Assembly: GCF_988242995.1 (NCBI RefSeq)
Contig: NZ_OZ547043.1
Reading direction: 5' to 3' (one strand)
Length of the DNA stretch: 64,000 bases
The notes below the pieces were generated by a model. The model was not told the DNA's origin. It ran no database searches and saw only the letters and a program-made list of their open reading frames with translations. Shown here in pieces: positions 1 to 11,584 of the stretch (within the stretch, counting starts at the first letter, position 1; each line of letters starts with the position of its first letter). The position numbers and the translations under genes are program-made.

Positions 1-109
1 GAAAACGGTCAATACTGTTCTTCTTTAATACTGTTTCATCGGTAATTACGCGATCTGCACCAACAATTTCCTTTAGCTGGTCGACAATCGCTGCGCGAGA
101 TAAAGACAT
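1..109 (-). CDS. ygcU: N-terminal part of FAD-linked oxidoreductase (gene continues beyond window start)
   Basis: Minus-strand translation from ATG (complement of 107-109) reads MSLSRAAIVDQLKEIVGADRVITDE...; position upstream of ygcW matches K-12 order. Truncated by window edge. Confidence 0.45.
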   Translation of the reverse strand, partial: MSLSRAAIVDQLKEIVGADRVITDETVLKKNSIDRF

Positions 110-178
110 AGTAATTCCTTCCTGATAATAAAAATGGAATAATCATTAATAAGAGAAAACAGAAACCACCGTTATGGA

Positions 179-964
179 TTAGCGCACTAAATAACCGCCA
201 TCAACCACTAATAAATGTCCGTTGACATAATTCGATGCCGGACTTGCGAGGAATACGGCTGCGCCCATTAAATCCTGAGTATCGCCCCAACGGTTTGCCG
301 GAATATGATCAAGAACGCGCTGGTTAGTTTCTGGATTACTACGGGTCGCCAGAGTGATATCGGTAGCGTAATATCCCGGAGCAATACCATTTACCTGAAT
401 ATTATATTGACCTAGTTCATCACAATAAGCTTTGGTGAACCCGGCAAGAGCATGTTTAGTGGCAGAATATGCAGGTGACCATTGTCCACCTAAGTAAGAG
501 AATAATGAACAGATATTAATGATTTTACCGCTTTTCTGCGGGATCATAATTTTTGCAGCTTCATAGCTTAACTCGAATGCGGCGGTCAGGTTCACATCAA
601 TCATCGGGTCCCAGTCGGCACGACCGAAGTCCAGCACCTTATTCAGCTTACAAATACCGGCATTGTTAATCAGAATATCGACGGTACCGAAACGTTCGCA
701 ACAGGCGGCGATTATCTTCTGCGGCGCGCCTTCTGCGGTGATATCCACCTGCATGAAGTCCACCTCAACACCCTGTTTTTCAATCATTTCCTTTGTTTCG
801 CCGTTATCTTTAACGAAGCTTGGAATAAAGATATTTGCGCCTGCTTTGGCCAGCGCCATGGCAAATGCCTGGCCTAAACCGCTATTCCCGCCGGTAACAA
901 TTGCGGTTTTACCTTTCAGGGAGAAAAAATCCATTGAGAACGCATTGAGAGATTCGATTGACAT
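179..964 (-). CDS. ygcW: Short-chain dehydrogenase/reductase family oxidoreductase
   Basis: ORF track 179..1039; start moved to internal Met (MSIESLNAF...) preceded by GGAG; TGxxxGxxG Rossmann motif (IVTGGNSGLG) and SDR catalytic Y-x3-K (YSATK). The 5' extension in the track translates a hairpin. Confidence 0.85.
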   Translation of the reverse strand: MSIESLNAFSMDFFSLKGKTAIVTGGNSGLGQAFAMALAKAGANIFIPSFVKDNGETKEMIEKQGVEVDFMQVDITAEGAPQKIIAACCERFGTVDILINNAGICKLNKVLDFGRADWDPMIDVNLTAAFELSYEAAKIMIPQKSGKIINICSLFSYLGGQWSPAYSATKHALAGFTKAYCDELGQYNIQVNGIAPGYYATDITLATRSNPETNQRVLDHIPANRWGDTQDLMGAAVFLASPASNYVNGHLLVVDGGYLVR

Positions 965-988
965 AGTTAGCTCCAATTTCCGTAAGGC

Positions 989-1035
989 AAAAAAAAAGAA
1001 AGGTAACTTCCCCCGCGAGAGGGAAGTTACCTTTC
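989..1035 (-). terminator. Perfect 15-bp inverted repeat (gaaaggtaacttccc / gggaagttacctttc, 8-nt loop) followed on the minus strand by a 9-T run; attenuator-like element in the ygcW 5' leader
   Basis: Read directly: arms 998-1012 and 1021-1035 are exact reverse complements; A9 run at 989-997 on + strand is a T9 run on minus strand, about 25 nt upstream of the ygcW start codon. Confidence 0.4.
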
Positions 1036-1088
1036 TCATTATCTCTGGTAACTGGAGATAATTTTTATCATAAGGGCATAATCGCTAA

Positions 1089-1104
1089 TGTGATCGTAAT
1101 CACA
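1089..1104. promoter_or_regulatory. Candidate cAMP-CRP binding site, TGTGA-N6-TCACA
   Basis: Sequence tgtgatcgtaatcaca matches both CRP half-sites with the canonical 6-bp spacer; lies between divergent ygcW and yqcE. Confidence 0.5.
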
Positions 1105-1282
1105 GTGTGATATTCGAATTGTCAAATAATTTTAAAAAGCAGAAGCGTGATTACTCTCACACAACACCACTACTTTCCATGTTATTTCTTATTGCAATTA
1201 CTAGAGACCTGAGAAAAGTAATCCACCTGAAAGGGCGGCTTACTTTTCTCTTTTTTTTGTCTATTACAAATGGGAATACGAT

Positions 1283-2560
1283 ATGCAACACAACTCATAT
1301 CGCCGTTGGATAACCCTCGCGATAATTAGTTTTAGCGGCGGCGTTAGTTTCGACCTGGCTTATTTACGTTATATTTATCAAATTCCCATGGCGAAATTTA
1401 TGGGATTCAGCAATACCGAGATAGGTTTAATAATGAGTACCTTTGGTATTGCGGCTATTATTCTTTATGCCCCCAGCGGCGTTATTGCCGATAAATTTTC
1501 ACACCGCAAAATGATTACTTCCGCGATGATCATTACCGGATTACTGGGTCTGTTAATGGCAACATATCCACCGCTGTGGGTAATGCTCTGTATTCAGGTC
1601 GCCTTTGCGATAACGACGATTTTAATGCTGTGGTCGGTGTCGATTAAAGCCGCCTCGTTGCTGGGCGATCATAGCGAGCAAGGGAAAATTATGGGCTGGA
1701 TGGAAGGGCTGCGCGGCGTCGGTGTAATGTCGCTGGCGGTGTTTACCATGTGGGTCTTTTCTCGCTTTGCACCGGATGACAGCGCCAGCCTGAAAACGGT
1801 CATTATTATCTATAGTGTGGTTTACATTCTGCTGGGCATTTTGTGTTGGTTTTTTGTTAGCAATAACAACAACCTGCGCAATACCAATAACGAAGAAAAA
1901 CAGTCATTCCAGCTTAGCGACATCCTGGCCGTTTTGCGCATCAGCACCACCTGGTATTGCAGCATGGTGATTTTTGGTGTCTTCACCATCTACGCCATTC
2001 TGAGTTACTCCACCAACTATCTGACCGAAATGTACGGCATGTCGCTGGTGGCGGCGAGCTACATGGGGATTGTGATCAACAAAATCTTCCGCGCACTGTG
2101 CGGACCACTTGGTGGCATTATCACCACCTACAGCAAAGTGAAATCCCCTACCCGCGTGATCCAAATCCTTTCCGTACTCGGCTTACTGGCGTTAACTGCC
2201 CTGCTCGTCACGAACTCTAACCCGCAATCGGTCGCGATGGGGATTGGCCTGATTTTACTGCTGGGATTCACCTGTTACGCCTCACGCGGGCTGTACTGGG
2301 CCTGCCCTGGCGAAGCGAGAACACCGTCTTACATTATGGGCACCACGGTAGGTATTTGTTCGGTGATTGGATTCCTGCCGGATGTCTTCGTTTACCCGAT
2401 TATCGGCTACTGGCAAGACACCCTGCCCGCTGCAGAAGCCTACCGCAATATGTGGCTGATGGGCATGGCGGCGCTTGCCATGGTGATCGTCTTTACCTTT
2501 TTGCTGTTCCAAAAAATTCGTACTGCTGATAGCGCCCCTGCTATGGCTAGCAGCAAGTAA
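1283..2560 (+). CDS. yqcE: MFS-family transporter, 12 predicted TM segments
   Basis: 425-aa ORF, highly hydrophobic, MFS-like; divergent from ygcW and followed by sugar kinase ygcE. Confidence 0.85.
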   Translation: MQHNSYRRWITLAIISFSGGVSFDLAYLRYIYQIPMAKFMGFSNTEIGLIMSTFGIAAIILYAPSGVIADKFSHRKMITSAMIITGLLGLLMATYPPLWVMLCIQVAFAITTILMLWSVSIKAASLLGDHSEQGKIMGWMEGLRGVGVMSLAVFTMWVFSRFAPDDSASLKTVIIIYSVVYILLGILCWFFVSNNNNLRNTNNEEKQSFQLSDILAVLRISTTWYCSMVIFGVFTIYAILSYSTNYLTEMYGMSLVAASYMGIVINKIFRALCGPLGGIITTYSKVKSPTRVIQILSVLGLLALTALLVTNSNPQSVAMGIGLILLLGFTCYASRGLYWACPGEARTPSYIMGTTVGICSVIGFLPDVFVYPIIGYWQDTLPAAEAYRNMWLMGMAALAMVIVFTFLLFQKIRTADSAPAMASSK

Positions 2561-2586
2561 GTCCAGAAAATTACAGGAGAAAAATC

Positions 2587-4065
2587 ATGTCGAAAAAATA
2601 CATCATAGGGATTGATGGTGGAAGTCAGAGCACAAAAGTGGTGATGTACGATCTGGAAGGTAATGTGGTTTGCGAAGGCAAAGGCTTATTGCAGCCGATG
2701 CACACGCCAGATGCCGATACCGCAGAACATCCTGACGACGATTTATGGGCATCATTATGCTTTGCCGGTCACGATTTGATGAGTCAGTTTGCCGGAAATA
2801 AAGAAGATATTGTCGGTATTGGTCTGGGATCCATCCGTTGCTGCCGTGCGTTATTGAAAGCCGATGGCACGCCAGCTGCGCCGTTGATTAGCTGGCAGGA
2901 TGCACGCGTTACACGCCCTTACGAACATACGAATCCTGACGTGGCATATGTCACCTCTTTTTCAGGTTATCTGACGCATCGCTTAACCGGCGAGTTTAAA
3001 GACAATATCGCCAACTATTTTGGTCAGTGGCCGGTGGATTATAAGACCTGGGCATGGAGTGAAGATGCCGCAGTCATGGAGAAGTTTAATATCCCCCGTC
3101 ATATGCTGTTTGATGTGCAAATGCCGGGCACTGTTCTTGGGCATATCACTCCTCAAGCCGCGCTGGCGACACATTTCCCGGCTGGGCTGCCGGTTGTTTG
3201 TACCACCAGTGATAAACCGGTTGAAGCACTGGGAGCTGGGTTACTGGATGATGAAACGGCGGTAATTTCTCTTGGCACTTACATCGCGCTGATGATGAAC
3301 GGCAAAGCACTGCCGAAAGATCCGCTGGCGTACTGGCCGATTATGTCTTCTATTCCGCAAACATTGCTGTATGAAGGTTACGGTATCCGCAAAGGCATGT
3401 GGACGGTGAGCTGGCTACGCGACATGCTAGGCGAGTCGTTAATTCAGGATGCCAAAGCACAGGATCTTTCACCGGAAGATTTACTCAACAAAAAAGCGTC
3501 TTGTGTGCCGCCAGGCTGTAATGGTCTGATGACGGTGCTGGACTGGCTGACCAATCCGTGGGAACCGTACAAACGCGGGATTATGATCGGCTTTGATTCC
3601 AGCATGGATTACGCATGGATATATCGTTCGATACTGGAAAGCGTGGCGCTGACGCTGAAGAACAATTTCGACAATATGTGTAATGAAATGAATCACTTTG
3701 CAAAGCATGTGATCATTACTGGCGGCGGTTCGAACAGCGATCTGTTTATGCAGATTTTTGCCGACGTGTTCAACCTTCCGGCACGCCGTAACGCCATTAA
3801 TGGTTGTGCAAGCCTGGGGGCAGCGATTAATACGGCGGTAGGTCTGGGGCTATACCCGGATTACGCAACGGCTGTCGACAAAATGGTTCGCGTGAAAGAT
3901 ATCTTTATGCCTGTTGAGAACAATGCCAAACGCTACGACGCGATGAATAAAGGCATTTTCAAGGAGTTAACCAAACATACTGATGTAATCCTGAAAAAAT
4001 CGTATGAAGTGATGCATGGGGAATTGGGGAATGCGGATTCGATCCAGAGCTGGTCGAATGCGTAA
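2587..4065 (+). CDS. ygcE: FGGY-family carbohydrate kinase
   Basis: 492-aa ORF; N-terminal IGIDGGSQSTK sugar-kinase fold motif; RBS aggaga 7 nt upstream. Confidence 0.85.
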   Translation: MSKKYIIGIDGGSQSTKVVMYDLEGNVVCEGKGLLQPMHTPDADTAEHPDDDLWASLCFAGHDLMSQFAGNKEDIVGIGLGSIRCCRALLKADGTPAAPLISWQDARVTRPYEHTNPDVAYVTSFSGYLTHRLTGEFKDNIANYFGQWPVDYKTWAWSEDAAVMEKFNIPRHMLFDVQMPGTVLGHITPQAALATHFPAGLPVVCTTSDKPVEALGAGLLDDETAVISLGTYIALMMNGKALPKDPLAYWPIMSSIPQTLLYEGYGIRKGMWTVSWLRDMLGESLIQDAKAQDLSPEDLLNKKASCVPPGCNGLMTVLDWLTNPWEPYKRGIMIGFDSSMDYAWIYRSILESVALTLKNNFDNMCNEMNHFAKHVIITGGGSNSDLFMQIFADVFNLPARRNAINGCASLGAAINTAVGLGLYPDYATAVDKMVRVKDIFMPVENNAKRYDAMNKGIFKELTKHTDVILKKSYEVMHGELGNADSIQSWSNA

Positions 4066-4111
4066 GTGAGGAAGACCGGGCGGGAAACTGCCCGGCCTGA
4101 ACATACCTGAA

Positions 4112-4249
4112 TGGTTATCCCCGCTGGCGCGGGGAACATAAGTTCGACAACTTAAAAAATGATAACAAGTCCGGTTTATCCCCGCTGATGCAGGGAACAT
4201 AATAAAAACTTTAACTAGTTCGGTTTATCCCTGTTTTTACAAGGAATAT
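4112..4249 (-). CRISPR. Degenerate short CRISPR locus: three decayed type I-E-like repeats
   Basis: Repeat-like units at 4112-4139, 4172-4200 and 4221-4249 resemble cggtttatccccgctggcgcggggaactc with increasing divergence; first spacing about 32 bp, second only 20 bp. Confidence 0.6.
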
Positions 4250-4700
4250 TAACTACACTCGATGTATTTAGAATAAAAGACAATACGAATCGCACTTTAT
4301 CAATTTTCACTTAAAGTATGAACTGGATATCTTTATTCATAAGAACTATTCATCAACAGCGTATAGAGGCGATTATGTAAAACCACTCATTAGCCTCAAA
4401 ACAAAGACAAATTTCCAGATTTATTACTTAATCAATGAATAACAAGCTTAAAAAATACACTGTTATTCTAAAGAAAAAATTAACAGGCATTAATTAATAT
4501 TAAAAAAATAATATGTTAAAATTTCTTAACGGTTTAAGGATTATACAAATAACACTTTGATTAAATTTTATTTTTTGTATCGATAATTGTGAACTTGTCA
4601 TATATGGAGAGCTATTTTGAACATGAGGTGTTACGTGGATATGTTGCTTAATACGAGTACTGCTAATATAAAAACTTGAGAAAGAGATAACGGGTTATAT
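4250..4700 (-). promoter_or_regulatory. AT-rich tract between the two CRISPR loci; positionally the leader of the degenerate array
   Basis: Strongly AT-rich non-coding stretch on the same side of the repeats as the leader of the main array. Confidence 0.35.
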
Positions 4701-4702
4701 GG

Positions 4703-5219
4703 TGGTTTATTCCCGCTGGTGCGGGGAACTCATCAGTGATATCCAACATTGCGGAGCTAAACGCGGTTTATCCCCGCTGGCGCGGGGAACTCAATTAGCC
4801 CGCCTCGCGCGGGTTTTTTTGTGCCGGTTTATCCCCGCTGGCGCGGGGAACTCTTTACTTATCTGCAAATATTTTTTGTCAGCTGCGGTTTATCCCCGCT
4901 GGCGCGGGGAACTCACGAACGCGGCACACCAGGGCGTCTCATCGTCCGGTTTATCCCCGCTGGCGCGGGGAACTCGAACACGACAGGAGTGATAAATGTA
5001 CGCACATCGGTTTATCCCCGCTGGCGCGGGGAACTCGGCTGATAGTGCTTCTGATTATTCGGCGCAAGCGGTTTATCCCCGCTGGCGCGGGGAACTCTAG
5101 GACCCAATATAAAACCGACTGGTTATTTTCGGTTTATCCCCGCTGGCGCGGGGAACTCTTTCAGTCTGGAACACAACGGCGTTAAATAACCGGTTTATCC
5201 CCGCTGGCGCGGGGAACTC
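4703..5219 (-). CRISPR. Type I-E CRISPR array, 9 repeats of 29 bp and 8 spacers of 32 bp; terminal repeat at 4703-4731 is degenerate
   Basis: Repeats start at 4703, 4764, 4825, 4886, 4947, 5008, 5069, 5130, 5191 with an exact 61-bp period; minus-strand repeat is GAGTTCCCCGCGCCAGCGGGGATAAACCG, the canonical E. coli I-E repeat. Confidence 0.95.
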
Positions 5220-5420
5220 ACTAAACATAACCTATTATTAATTATTGATTTTTTAAGTCAGTCACAATCTACCAACTTAACAGAAACACACAAACAACAC
5301 ATCCATTATGTTAAAGAGCACTTAATTCATTGATTGAAAAGCCAAATATTTAAAGTAATTCTATACCGACTAAAATCCACCAAACTCCGACGTAATAATT
5401 TTCACTCCAACGAAAAATTA
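5220..5420 (-). promoter_or_regulatory. CRISPR leader (AT-rich, adjacent to the newest repeat)
   Basis: AT-rich sequence abutting the intact repeat at 5191-5219, opposite the degenerate end; typical leader position. Extent is approximate. Confidence 0.55.
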
Positions 5421-5558
5421 ACGCCACAGAATTTGTAGATAATGACAATGATTAGTCCGGAATGGGCAAAATGGATGAGTTTTCAGAGGCGACAAAAAAT
5501 ATAAATGAGTGGAAGTCTTTACAGGTTCCACCCATTTATAACGCTTATAAATGTTTAA

Positions 5559-6230
5559 TCAGGCAATATTTAAATATTTATGTGTTTGCATCGACAAACG
5601 CCAGTTGCGCGCAATGCACGTATCGATACATAAACGAGTAGCATCTTCCTTTTGGCTAATCGGCTGCAGCGCAATGACTCGCGGTTTATCATCGGTCAGT
5701 GTTGCCAGTAGTTCATCCAGTGCTTCAATATCACGCACGCGTCCCACTGGATGCTTGATTTCGTTGGCTCGCTCCAGTGCCTGTGACAACACTTCATAGC
5801 CGCCGCGCATGTTCAGCTTTGGCGATACGGTAACCCAGGTATTCGGTGTGCAGCGTACTTCATGAGTACCACTGGTTTCGATCTGGCAGCTAAAACCGTT
5901 CTTTTCGAGCAGGTCAGTCAGTGGCAGCAAATCATGAATGCAAGGCTCACCACCCGTAATCACCACATGCCGCGCGGTGTATCCCTGGCGACCAATGACA
6001 GCCAGCAAGTCTTCACTGCTCGCCGCCCCCCACTTATCACTCTCTTTGGTCTTCGCCAGAATGCTGAAAAGGGAGACTTCCCGATCCTCAAGCTTTTCCC
6101 AGGTGTGTTTGGTGTCGCACCAGGCACAGCCAACCGGGCATCCCTGTAAACGAATAAAAATGGCGGGGACGCCGGTAAAGTAACCCTCACCTTGCAGGGT
6201 CTGGAACATCTCGTTAATCGGGTACTGCAT
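5559..6230 (-). CDS. queE: 7-carboxy-7-deazaguanine synthase (radical SAM, queuosine biosynthesis)
   Basis: 223-aa ORF with CxxxCxxC-type cluster motif region (LQGCPVGCAWCDTKH). Confidence 0.9.
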   Translation of the reverse strand: MQYPINEMFQTLQGEGYFTGVPAIFIRLQGCPVGCAWCDTKHTWEKLEDREVSLFSILAKTKESDKWGAASSEDLLAVIGRQGYTARHVVITGGEPCIHDLLPLTDLLEKNGFSCQIETSGTHEVRCTPNTWVTVSPKLNMRGGYEVLSQALERANEIKHPVGRVRDIEALDELLATLTDDKPRVIALQPISQKEDATRLCIDTCIARNWRLSMQTHKYLNIA

Positions 6231-6523
6231 AGCATTCTCTGTGAAGTGGATAATTGTTAATTATTGCAGATCCTGCCGCAACAATCATGTCTTATTAACA
6301 TTCTGTTACAGGCAGGTTTAAAGAAAAATGAGAAACAGATCGTTAATAATAAAAGGGAGTAACGTATTATGTCAGAAATAAATAAAGCAAATGGATTTAA
6401 TCATGTCAAAAACATTCACCAAAATTATACTTATTTTTTCTGTGTTCGTTTTTAATTATAACGAATCTCAAATTACCGATGTCGCCGTCAATTTATTTAT
6501 CCAGCTTTAATGGGACATTTATA

Positions 6524-7396
6524 ATGCGCTATTTCATACTAATATTCACATTCGTGAGTTCCTTTGTTGCAGCCCAACCAACTATTATCCCACAATTACA
6601 GCAACAAGTTACGGATCTTACGAGTAGCTTAAACTCACAAGAAAAGAAAGAACTGACGCGGAAGTTAGAATCTATTTTCAATAATACCCAAGTACAAATT
6701 GCTGTATTAATTATTCCCACAACCAAAGACGAGACAATTGAACAATATGCTACAAGGGTTTTTAACAATTGGCGTTTAGGAGATGCCAAACGCAATGATG
6801 GGATACTGATCATTGTTGCCTGGTCGGATCGTACTGTCCGCATCCAGGTAGGTTATGGGCTGGAAGAAAAGGTAACCGATGCTCTGGCTGGAGATATCAT
6901 CCGTAGCAACATGATACCCGCATTTAAACAACAAAAATTAGCTAAGGGATTAGAGTTAGCTATAATCGCTTTGAATAACCAACTCACTTCACAACACCAA
7001 TATTCGGCTAATCCTTCAGAAAGTGAATCAGCGTCTTCCAGCGATCATTACTACTTTGCTATTTTTTGGGTATTTGCAGTGATGTTCTTCCCTTTCTGGT
7101 TTTTTCATCAAGGCAGTAATTTTTGTCGCGCATGTAAAAGCAGTGTCTGTATTTCAGCAATCTATCTTTTAGATTTATTCCTGTTCTCCGATAAAACTTT
7201 TTCCATTGCTGTATTTTTCTTCTTTTTTACTTTCACCACCATTATGGTCTTTACCTGTTTATGTGTACTTCAGAAAAAAGCATCTGGTAGAAGTTATCAT
7301 TCAGACAACAGCGGTTCCGGTGGCGGCTCAAGTGGCGGCGGATTTAGCGGCGGGGGCGGTTCTTCTGGCGGTGGCGGCGCGTCCGGTCGCTGGTAA
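6524..7396 (+). CDS. ygcG: TPM-domain membrane protein with Gly/Ser-rich C-terminal tail
   Basis: ORF track 6479..7396; start moved to Met of [13 protein letters not shown] (signal-like); C-terminus is [28 protein letters not shown]. Confidence 0.8.
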   Translation: MRYFILIFTFVSSFVAAQPTIIPQLQQQVTDLTSSLNSQEKKELTRKLESIFNNTQVQIAVLIIPTTKDETIEQYATRVFNNWRLGDAKRNDGILIIVAWSDRTVRIQVGYGLEEKVTDALAGDIIRSNMIPAFKQQKLAKGLELAIIALNNQLTSQHQYSANPSESESASSSDHYYFAIFWVFAVMFFPFWFFHQGSNFCRACKSSVCISAIYLLDLFLFSDKTFSIAVFFFFFTFTTIMVFTCLCVLQKKASGRSYHSDNSGSGGGSSGGGFSGGGGSSGGGGASGRW

Positions 7397-7404
7397 CTCA
7401 ACCA

Positions 7405-7436
7405 TAAAAAATGCCAGCCCGAAGGCTGGCATTTTT
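7405..7436. terminator. Bidirectional intrinsic terminator between convergent ygcG and eno
   Basis: aaaaatgccagcc-cgaa-ggctggcattttt: 13-bp stem flanked by A-run and T-run on both strands. Confidence 0.75.
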
Positions 7437-7455
7437 AAATCAGATAAAGTCAGAC

Positions 7456-8769
<1,314 letters not shown>

Positions 8770-8841
8770 TCACTAGTTAAACTGAAACTCCAGACAAACA
8801 ACGCGTACCCAGGGTACGCGTTGCCGTTCTAACTTTTTTAC

Positions 8842-10494
<1,653 letters not shown>

Positions 10495-10706
10495 TTAGGT
10501 TGAAAAGACGATGGAATAACCAGGACGGGAAAGCAGTATACCCGAACATGACCTGTGCCACAAACTTTCATTATCCCTCCTCTTCGCCAGCGCACTATTG
10601 AAATCAGGAGTGAGAAAATAGCCCCTTTGGGGTAAATGTTTTTGACGCAAATCAAGCGCTTGTCATTTAAAAAATGACACAAATCGCGCTTGACCACGTA
10701 ATTCCC

Positions 10707-11498
10707 TTAGAGATCAATTTCCTGCCGTTTTACCTGTTGCCAGACTTCTTCCATTGTTTCGAGGTCAACACCTGTCATTTCCAGTCCACGCGCGGCAACA
10801 ATACGCTCCACTTCGCGAAAACGACGCTCGAATTTTTCATTGGCTTTTTGCAATGCGATTTCCGCTTTTGTCCCTAAATGACGAGCCAGATTGACCGTGG
10901 CAAACAGCAGGTCGCCCATTTCCTCCTCCAGTTTAGCCTGGTCGATAACAGCCTGCCGTGCCTCGTACATCACCTCGTCGATCTCTTCGTAGACTTTATC
11001 GACTACCGGACCAAGCGTCGTCCAGTCAAAACCAACGTTGGCGCAACGTTTCTGGATTTTTTGTGCACGCATTAATGCCGGTAAACTACGAGGAATATCG
11101 TCCAGCGCCGAATGCTGCGCTTTCTGCGCGCGCTCTTCGGTTTTGATTTGCTCCCAACGGGCAAGCACTTCACTACTGTTTTCGGCAGAACTGTCAGCAA
11201 AAACATGCGGATGGCGACGTTCTAATTTATCGCTGATCGCGGCGCAAATATCATTAAAGTCAAAGCGCCCTTCTTCCTGGGCCATTTGTGCGTAAAACAC
11301 CACCTGGAACAGCAGATCGCCCAGTTCACCGCGCAGATCGTCAAAATCTTCACGGGCGATGGCGTCCAGCACCTCGTAGGTTTCTTCAAGGGTGTAAGGC
11401 GCAATGGTGGCAAATGTCTGCTCTTTATCCCACGGGCAGCCGTTTTCCGGGTCGCGCAGGCGCTGCATGATGGTGAGCAAACGGTCGATTTGATTCAT
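10707..11498 (-). CDS. mazG: Nucleoside triphosphate pyrophosphohydrolase
   Basis: 263-aa ORF with tandem MazG-type domains (EEXXE motifs). Confidence 0.9.
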   Translation of the reverse strand: MNQIDRLLTIMQRLRDPENGCPWDKEQTFATIAPYTLEETYEVLDAIAREDFDDLRGELGDLLFQVVFYAQMAQEEGRFDFNDICAAISDKLERRHPHVFADSSAENSSEVLARWEQIKTEERAQKAQHSALDDIPRSLPALMRAQKIQKRCANVGFDWTTLGPVVDKVYEEIDEVMYEARQAVIDQAKLEEEMGDLLFATVNLARHLGTKAEIALQKANEKFERRFREVERIVAARGLEMTGVDLETMEEVWQQVKRQEIDL

Positions 11499-11556
11499 TG
11501 AATTGTCCTGAAAATTGCGGGTCTGTCAGGTGTAATACCTTCGAGTAAAAGATATC

Positions 11557-11584
11557 GCTGGATACGGCTGACGCCATATCCAGC
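11557..11584 (-). terminator. Hairpin directly after relA stop (gctggata-N12-tatccagc); possible relA terminator or attenuator
   Basis: 8-bp perfect inverted repeat read from sequence; followed on minus strand by a weak T-tract (gatatctttt). Confidence 0.3.

Noticed and set aside
179-1039. Longer ORF-track starts for ygcW, ygcG, gudD, xni, fucO, fucK, fucR, csdA, amiC, argA, recB, ppdC and ppdB
   Set aside because: The upstream extensions run through terminators, hairpins or the neighbouring gene and lack a Shine-Dalgarno; internal starts give the protein lengths I recall for E. coli and have RBS support. Exact start codons remain predictions.
663-1313. + strand ORFs 663-1061 and 1107-1313 in and around the ygcW / yqcE control region
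   Set aside because: The first is antisense to ygcW; the second spans the CRP site and promoter region and has no RBS.
2044-2051. Chi site (gctggtgg) inside yqcE
   Set aside because: Chi octamers are frequent in E. coli and a single occurrence is expected by the known genome-wide density; not informative.
4699-5042. ORFs 4699-4992 and 4821-5042 with repeated SPLARGT / YPRWRGEL peptides
   Set aside because: They are translations of the CRISPR repeats; the periodic peptide is the 61-bp repeat unit read in frame.
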